Part shown: positions 56,957-64,000 of the stretch, in pieces
Layout of the letters: each line of letters opens with the position of its first letter
Numbering within the stretch: position 1 is the stretch's first letter
From: a virus
Strand: one strand, 5' to 3'
DNA length: 64,000 bases
IMG/VR virus record: IMGVR_UViG_3300024255_000004
Notes under the pieces: model-generated
Databases searched by the model: none
Seen by the model: only the letters and a program-made list of their open reading frames with translations
What the model was told of the DNA's origin: nothing
Position numbers and translations under genes: made by a program

Positions 56957-58432
56957 ATGTTAGAAGAACTTAGAGAAAAATTACGTAAGACCCAACAAGA
57001 CAAAGAAGTTGAAGGCAAGAAAGGTTCTCAACCTAAGAAGTATTATGCTAAAGACGCAGACGGAGACGAAATGTCTCAGTCTACAAAAGATAAACGTGCA
57101 GACCACTTTAAGAATAATAAAGATAAAGAAGGTGAAGATGCATTTAAACCAGCACCTGGCGATTCAAAAGCAGATACTAAACCTTCACAACATACTAAGA
57201 AGTATAAGAAAATGTTTGGAGAAGGTGCAGCTGATAAATCTCTACAAAAGAAAGCAGACAAGAGTGGAATGCCAGTTGGTATTCTAAAACAAGTCTACAA
57301 ACGTGGAGTTGCAGCTTGGAAAGGTGGACATAGGCCAGGAACTACACCCGAACAATGGGGACATGCACGTGTTAATTCTTTTGTGACTAAATCCAGTGGA
57401 ACATGGGGTGGTGCAGACCAAGACCTTGCAAAGAAAGTTTCGGGTAAATCAGAGTCAATAGAAGAAGGAATTGATATCAGAAAACAACTCAAAAAGATTA
57501 AAGGATTAACTAAGAAACAATTAGAAACATTATCAACAATGAACACTTCACAACTAACAGTTTTAGTTCAACAGTTAAGTGGTTTGGTTATGGGTGAACA
57601 AGACGAGTTAGAAGAAAGATATGCAGATAGACTAAGAGACAAAAATAAGTCTCAACAAAAGGCACATCAAAAAAGAATGATGAAGTCTGCAAAAAAATCT
57701 ATCAAAGACTATGATGCAAAGAATAAGAACAAGAACGAAGAGTCTGAAGTAGAAGAAGGTAAACTTGTCACTGATTACAGAAGTGTCTTAGATTTCATAT
57801 TTAAAAATATCAAAAAGATGATTGAAAAGGAATATGAAAAGAACTCTGAAAAAGGTTTAGGAATGATTAATCAGTTAGGTTCTTATGTTGGAATGAAAGT
57901 CACTGATAAGAAACAGGAGAAAAATAGACTCTTCCTTAAGTTTGGTGACAACATACAAGAAGACGCTACAGTTGACGCTGCAAATCTAAAAGCAAAACAA
58001 ACTGAAGAACTAGAAAGATTAAAGGCAAAACAATTACAAGAGTTAGAAGCACTACAAGATAGACACGAAAGAGAAACAGACAAAGTCAATCAACAGAAAG
58101 AAAAAGAAGCTGCAAATAAACAAATTCAAGCAAAACGTGATGCAGATAGAAAAGCTGCAGAGAAACAAAACGAAGAAAGAGATTACAAAAAAGAGTATGA
58201 GAACTACCACTCAGACCCCGAACAAATTAAAAGACGTGCAAAAAGAAATGAAGCACGAAGAAGTCTAAAGGACAGAAAAGGTATAAAAGGAAAGGACGTT
58301 CACCATAAGGACAACAATCCTATGAATAATGACAAGTCTAACTTATCAATTGTATCACAAAAATACAATAGAACAGAACCAAGACTTAGAAAATTGAAAG
58401 AGAAGGGGATACTTCCAAGTGGCAGGAAATAA
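56957..58432 (+). CDS. Modular Lys/Glu-rich late protein with a C-terminal HNH motif
   Basis: Late promoter at 56944; module VYKRGVAAW..HRPG..QWGHARVNSF; C-terminal DVHHKDNNPMNN..NL....YNR. Confidence 0.75.
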   Translation: MLEELREKLRKTQQDKEVEGKKGSQPKKYYAKDADGDEMSQSTKDKRADHFKNNKDKEGEDAFKPAPGDSKADTKPSQHTKKYKKMFGEGAADKSLQKKADKSGMPVGILKQVYKRGVAAWKGGHRPGTTPEQWGHARVNSFVTKSSGTWGGADQDLAKKVSGKSESIEEGIDIRKQLKKIKGLTKKQLETLSTMNTSQLTVLVQQLSGLVMGEQDELEERYADRLRDKNKSQQKAHQKRMMKSAKKSIKDYDAKNKNKNEESEVEEGKLVTDYRSVLDFIFKNIKKMIEKEYEKNSEKGLGMINQLGSYVGMKVTDKKQEKNRLFLKFGDNIQEDATVDAANLKAKQTEELERLKAKQLQELEALQDRHERETDKVNQQKEKEAANKQIQAKRDADRKAAEKQNEERDYKKEYENYHSDPEQIKRRAKRNEARRSLKDRKGIKGKDVHHKDNNPMNNDKSNLSIVSQKYNRTEPRLRKLKEKGILPSGRK

Positions 58433-59096
58433 ACACGACAACGGAGTTCACGAACAGGGAACAGACGAAACAGTAAAAGCATATCAAGAAGATACGCCTG
58501 GTCAATCAGTTGAGAAATACGTAAAAGAGAATCAAAAATCATATCACGATTCAAAGAAAACATTTTCTCAAATTGCAATCAACGAAACACTCGATACACT
58601 TCAAAAAGAAAAAACCAATCTACTAGACAATCCATTTCGTTTAGGTTCTATGATGTATTTTGAATGTATTAATGAAGCAAGAAACCTTATCAAAGAAGAC
58701 CGATACAGACTTACTGAAGTTGATAAGAATATAATGGAAACAGATATTGGTGAGTTCGAAGTGTATGAGGGAGAATTAGTTCCACTAGATTGTCCACAAT
58801 ATGAGTTTATAAACGAAGAAGAAGAACCCGAACTCAACAAACCAAAAGCAGGTGGCCCTAAGAAATACTATGTATATGTTAGAGACCCACAAACTAAAAA
58901 GATTAAAAAAGTCACATGGGGAGACACTACAGGTCTCAAAGTGAAACTCGGAAACGAGAAAGCAAGAAAATCCTTCGCTGCACGACATAAGTGTTCACAA
59001 CAGAAAGATAAAACTACTGCATCATATTGGGCATGTAGATTACCTTACTATGCAAAACAGTTAGGTCTATCAGACGGGGGAAATTTTTATTGGTAA
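58419..59096 (+). CDS. Modular late protein
   Basis: GTG start; FRLGS...VPLDCP module and KKYYVYV...RKSFAARHKC...YWAC module. Confidence 0.7.
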   Translation: MAGNKHDNGVHEQGTDETVKAYQEDTPGQSVEKYVKENQKSYHDSKKTFSQIAINETLDTLQKEKTNLLDNPFRLGSMMYFECINEARNLIKEDRYRLTEVDKNIMETDIGEFEVYEGELVPLDCPQYEFINEEEEPELNKPKAGGPKKYYVYVRDPQTKKIKKVTWGDTTGLKVKLGNEKARKSFAARHKCSQQKDKTTASYWACRLPYYAKQLGLSDGGNFYW

Positions 59097-59108
59097 TGGA
59101 GATACATA

Positions 59109-59366
59109 ATGAAAAAAGAATTATATCATACTTATGCAAAAGACGACAGATATGCTGAAGTCTTTAAGTCAAAAGAAGGTTTTGAAGTAGACCTATACGA
59201 AGAGAAAAAACTCTTAGAAACAAGACAACTATACAATCATTCAGAATCATATGCAGAGGATTGTGCCGATAATTGGGTTCAAGGTTTGTTTAATATAGAG
59301 AAAGAAGGAAGTTTCTACGGCTATAACGAAAGAGATGATAATTACTATCCCGAGATAGATGACTAA
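59109..59366 (+). CDS. Hypothetical protein
   Basis: SD GGAG; HSESYAEDCADNWV. Confidence 0.7.
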   Translation: MKKELYHTYAKDDRYAEVFKSKEGFEVDLYEEKKLLETRQLYNHSESYAEDCADNWVQGLFNIEKEGSFYGYNERDDNYYPEIDD

Positions 59367-59652
59367 CCCTTATAAAGACCAAGTATATACCCAACACGGG
59401 ACTGAACTGAAATACGTCATTAGAACGTTTTCTGCAGAAGTAGACGAAAACGAACTGGTTTGGCATAGAGATAAAGAGTCTAGAACTATCCATGTATTGA
59501 GTGGAAATGGGTGGGAATTACAAAAAGAAGACAAATTACCCGAAGAATTAGAGATAGGAAAAGACTATTTTATCATAAAGAATAATTACCATAGAGTAAT
59601 AAAAGGTGAAGGAGATTTGGTTCTCCGTATAGACAGTAAAAATAACATATAA
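59359..59652 (+). CDS. Small cupin-like protein
   Basis: ELVWHRD, GWELQ and YHRVIKG. Confidence 0.7.
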   Translation: MTNPYKDQVYTQHGTELKYVIRTFSAEVDENELVWHRDKESRTIHVLSGNGWELQKEDKLPEELEIGKDYFIIKNNYHRVIKGEGDLVLRIDSKNNI

Positions 59653-59745
59653 AACTGCACTAAATATTACTGCAAAATCAACTAATAGAGAGATTGTTCT
59701 TAATATCATGCACATGACCTCTCAAAAATTATAAATAATACTGTT

Positions 59746-60348
59746 ATGAGTTATAAATCAGAAAACTGGAAAGAAAAACTAGAACAAGTCCGTAGTCACA
59801 TCGCTTTGAAAGAAGGGAGTGTGGAAAAAACTGCAGACGAAATAATTAGTGAAGATATCGAAAACGACCTTCTAACTGGATTCGAAGAAGACGTTAAAGT
59901 AGTCGAAGATGAAATCACTGAAGAATTAGTTCTTGAAGCCTCAATGGGTGATATGATTAAGAAGGTATTCAATACAGATAGTGAAACAGAAGCTATGGGT
60001 ATTGCAAAACTTCTTAACATGACAGACGTTAAGGTTGCACTTGCAATGCAGAAACAAAATCCTAATGGATTTAAGAAGACTACATTCGGTATGGGTGCAG
60101 ACAATAAACAAAGAGACATGATTAAGGATAAAGACCTTATGAAAATGTTTAAGAAAGCAGGTGTCAAACCTCTTAAAGATTCAGTCGAAGTTGAAGAAGA
60201 AAAATCAGTAAAAGAATCAGTAGAGAAATCTGCAGAAAAACTCGTAGAAAAAAATATGCTTGGTAGACTTGCAAAACAATTACATTTAACAACAGAAGGT
60301 AAACAGAAAATGTTTGACTACTTCGAAAAAGGGGAATTAGAACAATGA
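59746..60348 (+). CDS. Late Lys/Glu-rich protein
   Basis: Late promoter at 59730; acidic linkers flank a basic module. Confidence 0.7.
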   Translation: MSYKSENWKEKLEQVRSHIALKEGSVEKTADEIISEDIENDLLTGFEEDVKVVEDEITEELVLEASMGDMIKKVFNTDSETEAMGIAKLLNMTDVKVALAMQKQNPNGFKKTTFGMGADNKQRDMIKDKDLMKMFKKAGVKPLKDSVEVEEEKSVKESVEKSAEKLVEKNMLGRLAKQLHLTTEGKQKMFDYFEKGELEQ

Positions 60349-60599
60349 AACTAACATCAATGGGTCTATCACCCGAATTACTAGAAGCGTCTAGAATAGT
60401 TTTACAGAACTCAAAAGAATACGAAGAGTTCTTCCAATCTGCACTTAAAAAATTTGGTGTAGATTCCCCTGCTGATTTTAAATCAGATGAAGAGAAAAAG
60501 AAATTCTTTGATTACATAGATAAAAACTATAAAGGTAAAAACGAAGAAGAAGTTGCAGAAGGTGAATGTGCCTCTGATAAAAAGAAAAAACAATATTAG
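60345..60599 (+). CDS. Small late protein
   Basis: FFQSALKKFGVDSPAD...KKKFFDYIDK. Confidence 0.7.
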   Translation: MKLTSMGLSPELLEASRIVLQNSKEYEEFFQSALKKFGVDSPADFKSDEEKKKFFDYIDKNYKGKNEEEVAEGECASDKKKKQY

Positions 60600-60607
60600 G
60601 AACTGGT

Positions 60608-62440
60608 ATGAACCTCTTTTACGAAGCCAAAAAGGTATTAGATAAGGACGGGAAAGTTAACCCACTCGGCCCTTATGGAAAACAGAAACTTACTGGACGT
60701 GAGATTCAAGTCTATTTCCGTAGAAACAAAGTCAAAGACAAAGTAGTCAAGAAAGCAGTCGAGGTTGCATTAGACCTTGGTGGTGCAATGGATATTGCAA
60801 TCAAATCCATTAAAGACTATTACGGGGATAAAGTCCTAAAAGCAAAAGAAGTTCAAAATGCACTTCAATTTGCAAACGAAGAATCATTCAAAGATTCATT
60901 CAATATGTTAGACGAAGATTACAAAAAAGTAATCAAAATGTTTCCAAGAGATAGAGATTGGAAAAAACTTATAACAAAACACAAGAGACATATTGATGCA
61001 TTCAGAAGTGATAATCAAAAAGATTTACCTAAAAAAGTAGAAGACGATTTACTAGGTTGGGGTTCACAAAATGGTGAAATAGGTAGTAAAGACGATGCAG
61101 AAGACTTTATAATGTCAATCCTTGACGAGAAATACAAACCTTATTCCGACTCAACCTTTTCTAGATGTGTAGACTTCTACATTCAATTCAGAGGTGGTAA
61201 AGGAGACAGAATCACTTCAGAAGAGAATAAGAAAGACTTCGAAAAAGCAAAGAAGATGATTGATGCATATTGCAAATCAAACAAAATCAAACAAAAACCA
61301 GTTTACTCAACACCTGAAGAAGGTTCAAGTGCATACAAAGTCGGTCTTATGATTGACCCAACTTACAGTAAAACAGATGACTATAAAAATGGTGTAGACT
61401 TACAACCTTTATATGTTGAATTAGGTAAACTTAAAACTGCAGAAGACCATGGTGGTGGTTGGGATAAACCATCAACAAACGAATCAGAAGTTTTAGAAAA
61501 GAAAAGTAAAATCAAATATCGTGGTAATCTAAAAGGTTTACATGAATCTATAAAAAGTATAATGACAGAAGGTAAGAACCTTATGCCTGATTTACAAAAG
61601 ATTGTAGACAAAAAGAGTGCAACTAAAGTTGGTGGTGTAATGGTTGATATGTTTACTGCTTCAATGATTACACAAATCTATGGTAAAGTAAACGACAAAA
61701 ACAAAGAGAGAATGGAGAAATCTAATATCTCTACACTTGTTGACCTTGCACAAAGAATGATGCAAAAGTCAGAGAACGACCCACTCGAAGAAGGAACAAT
61801 GGCTATCGGTATTAAGTCTAGAGACAGAAAAGAAGTTGAAAAATCACAAAAACAACTTGAAAAAATGTTAAAAAAAGATGGTAATAAAAAAGTAGGTTCT
61901 AAAGAAGGTAAGAAGTTTGATGAAGTTTTAGATACTTATATATTATCAGACGACCAATTAGCAGATGAATTTGCAAATCCAAAAAACAAAAATATGAAAG
62001 TTATAGATTTGTTGAAGAAACATTCAAAAAGACTCAATGTTAATTTTGATGAATCTGTAGAAGAAGGAAATGCAGTATCAAGTGCTCAACAAGCTGCAAT
62101 CGCAATTGCAAAGAAAAAGAAAAATGAATCAGTCATGGATTCTTACAGACAAATGTGGGAATCAGAAAATCTTGAAGAGAAAAAAGAATTTAAACAAAAT
62201 GATATCGATAAAGTTGCAAAACTTACTGATAGAAACGAACACACTAAATCACTCATACACATTGCAAAATCAATGGGTGACAAAAAGTCATTAAAAAAAT
62301 TAGAATTAATCGACAAAATGCATAACGAATATGGTCACATGCCTAAAGGTCTTATGGACATGAGAAATGAAGTCTATGATGACCTGAAGAAGGATATGGA
62401 AAAATATTCTAATGGTAAAGACATGTATAATGCAACATAA
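60608..62440 (+). CDS. Large modular Lys/Glu-rich late protein
   Basis: 610-aa ORF with basic modules separated by xLxE/xVxE linkers. Confidence 0.75.
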   Translation: MNLFYEAKKVLDKDGKVNPLGPYGKQKLTGREIQVYFRRNKVKDKVVKKAVEVALDLGGAMDIAIKSIKDYYGDKVLKAKEVQNALQFANEESFKDSFNMLDEDYKKVIKMFPRDRDWKKLITKHKRHIDAFRSDNQKDLPKKVEDDLLGWGSQNGEIGSKDDAEDFIMSILDEKYKPYSDSTFSRCVDFYIQFRGGKGDRITSEENKKDFEKAKKMIDAYCKSNKIKQKPVYSTPEEGSSAYKVGLMIDPTYSKTDDYKNGVDLQPLYVELGKLKTAEDHGGGWDKPSTNESEVLEKKSKIKYRGNLKGLHESIKSIMTEGKNLMPDLQKIVDKKSATKVGGVMVDMFTASMITQIYGKVNDKNKERMEKSNISTLVDLAQRMMQKSENDPLEEGTMAIGIKSRDRKEVEKSQKQLEKMLKKDGNKKVGSKEGKKFDEVLDTYILSDDQLADEFANPKNKNMKVIDLLKKHSKRLNVNFDESVEEGNAVSSAQQAAIAIAKKKKNESVMDSYRQMWESENLEEKKEFKQNDIDKVAKLTDRNEHTKSLIHIAKSMGDKKSLKKLELIDKMHNEYGHMPKGLMDMRNEVYDDLKKDMEKYSNGKDMYNAT

Positions 62441-62441
62441 C

Positions 62442-62978
62442 ATGAAAGATTTATTTAAAACATATCGTGAGATGCACTTACAAGAAGTGAAACAAAAAGA
62501 AGTTGATTCACTGAAAAAACTATCTAAGGACATGCAAGCAGTTCTAAAAGGTTATCAGAAGATTGTAAAGATGGGTGACAACGAACTTAAGGACAAGAAG
62601 TATAACAAAGACTATGAAGCAGTCCTTAATGCAAGAGATGTAATCTTCTCATTGATTGGTAAAGTAAACACTCAAAAACTTTTAAATAAAGAAGAGACAA
62701 CAGTAGACTTAGACGAAAGAATAAATTTTCATGGTAAAAGTCCTGCTGAGAAAAAGAACTCAGAGTTCGATAGAAAATCAGAAATCAATGGTTATAAAAA
62801 GATTTTAAAAACTATTGAAAAGATTAACAAAGACCACGAGAAGTTTCAATATAACAATCGTGCAGAAGGCCCATCTAATATATTTAAAGGTCTACAAGAA
62901 GTTGAAAGAACATGTTATGACATGATACGAGAAATCGAACAAGGTAAATGGGACGGAACAGTGGACTTAGATGACTAA
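62442..62978 (+). CDS. Late protein, two modules
   Basis: Leader MKDLFKTYREMHLQE; internal VDLDE. Confidence 0.7.
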   Translation: MKDLFKTYREMHLQEVKQKEVDSLKKLSKDMQAVLKGYQKIVKMGDNELKDKKYNKDYEAVLNARDVIFSLIGKVNTQKLLNKEETTVDLDERINFHGKSPAEKKNSEFDRKSEINGYKKILKTIEKINKDHEKFQYNNRAEGPSNIFKGLQEVERTCYDMIREIEQGKWDGTVDLDD

Positions 62979-63517
62979 TGGATAGAGTAGACGCAAGATA
63001 CAAAACCTTTAAAGAGAAATTAAAGAAACTCGGATACATTAAAGATTCTGCAAAACAGACTAACAAAATCGTAGAGAAAATTGGTGATTTTGGAATGATG
63101 TCTGATACAGGAAACAAAAAAATTGCTCGTGCAGTTTCACAATCAAAGAACGAGAAAGACCTGCGTGCAAAGTTAGAGAAAATCTCTACAATGGCAAAAG
63201 GTAAGTATGCTGAAGCAGGTGAAGATGAAGTAATTGATAGAGCATTAGATGCACTTGGTAGTAAAGCGAAGGGAGTTCAAAACAGACCCGACGCTGCAAT
63301 GCTAATGCAACTTCGTAAGTTTAAAGACGGAACTAAAGATGGTGAGGTCAGAACAGACGATATGCAGAAAATTAAGGTAAAAAGAGACGATGCGGTGAAA
63401 GTTCATGACGTTTTAATGAGGGTTAAGACACCCATTCGGTCTAAATACCTACAGTTATTACAAAAAGACAAAAAGTCTTTCGATAAAGCATTTAAAGCAA
63501 TCTTAAAGGTTGCATAA
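62978..63517 (+). CDS. Late basic protein
   Basis: TAATG-coupled; starts VDARYKTFKE. Confidence 0.7.
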   Translation: MDRVDARYKTFKEKLKKLGYIKDSAKQTNKIVEKIGDFGMMSDTGNKKIARAVSQSKNEKDLRAKLEKISTMAKGKYAEAGEDEVIDRALDALGSKAKGVQNRPDAAMLMQLRKFKDGTKDGEVRTDDMQKIKVKRDDAVKVHDVLMRVKTPIRSKYLQLLQKDKKSFDKAFKAILKVA

Positions 63518-63530
63518 CTAGGAGAAAAAC

Positions 63531-63815
63531 ATGGCACTTTGGGGATTATTAGACAACGAAGCTTCTAAACCAAAATATCTTAACACTGCTGATAAAGCAG
63601 AATGTTATGGTGCTGATACAGCTGAGGTCGGTGCGACTGCTGGTGTTAATTCAGAAGGTTGGGTGTTAAGAAAAGTAGTAGGGTCAAGAACTCAATTTGA
63701 AACATTGGTTGCAATGTCTTCAGGTTCAATGGGTGCTGACGTTGCTGACTTTGATGACGACTCAGACGTGAATACACCTGATATCGATGACGATACAGTA
63801 TTATCAGACAGTTAA
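63531..63815 (+). CDS. Conserved probable virion protein
   Basis: SD AGGAG; MALWG...KPKYL...GWV...ETLVAM. Confidence 0.7.
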   Translation: MALWGLLDNEASKPKYLNTADKAECYGADTAEVGATAGVNSEGWVLRKVVGSRTQFETLVAMSSGSMGADVADFDDDSDVNTPDIDDDTVLSDS

Positions 63816-63828
63816 TAGAGGATAAATT

Positions 63829-64000
63829 ATGAAAACATTTAAGAACTTCATTATTGAAGAGGGTGGAAGTCAAATTCCAACAGATTCTAACGCATTTTTT
63901 GTGGGTGCAGCTGGACTAAGTTCAGAAAAAGTCCCACATGATATAGACGATGCAGACGTTAAAGCTAAGGTTAATGCAATCTTAGGACAAACTGCAGTAT
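63829..64000 (+). CDS. Protein with a capsid-targeting-like leader; 3' end truncated by the window
   Basis: SD GAGG; MKTFKNFIIEEGG..., open to the window end. Confidence 0.65.
   Translation, partial: MKTFKNFIIEEGGSQIPTDSNAFFVGAAGLSSEKVPHDIDDADVKAKVNAILGQTAV

Noticed and set aside
610-62294. Short plus-strand alternative-frame ORFs nested in genes (e.g. 10123-10413, 16983-17288, 29652-29873, 57009-57287)
   Set aside because: They lie inside conserved genes and show no independent domain signal, unlike the 43152 frame.
2139-63873. All minus-strand ORFs in the six-frame track (e.g. 38919-39395, 49251-49703, 13292-13687)
   Set aside because: They are antisense shadows of well-supported plus-strand genes, with no motifs or ribosome-binding sites.
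1-64000. tRNA genes, CRISPR arrays, integrases or transposases
   Set aside because: No cloverleaf/TTCGA arm in the intergenic regions, no regularly spaced repeats and no recombinase motifs were seen.

Overview
This 64-kb window is an AT-rich segment of a large T4-like myovirus genome, with essentially all genes on the + strand. Its gene order matches marine T4-like phages. No photosynthesis genes are present in the window, so a heterotrophic proteobacterial host is inferred. In order it carries: (1) a glycosyltransferase and 2OG-Fe(II) oxygenase cluster; (2) the neck, tail, packaging and head block gp13-gp23, then gp3, uvsY, uvsW, gp55, gp47 and gp46; (3) peptide deformylase and an early region with a vWA-peptidase/MoxR (CobT/CobS-like) pair; (4) gp45, gp44, gp62 and regA; (5) a late operon with CsgF, CsgG, two curlin-like proteins, a FecR-domain protein and a CHASE2 adenylate cyclase; (6) Hsp20, peroxiredoxin, a DNA methyltransferase, lysozyme, gp43, IscU, a thermonuclease, uvsX and gp41; (7) a ~10-kb late region of Lys/Glu-rich proteins. 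The most notable candidates are that late region, which looks like capsid-targeted polyproteins cut by the prohead protease and includes a ligase-like/nucleotidyltransferase/kinase trio, and the curli-secretion plus cAMP-signalling module. Other signals are frequent leaderless promoter-ATG spacing, strong context-dependent avoidance of short motifs, and several structured RNA leaders. All calls come from reading motifs by eye; no database searches or counts were run.
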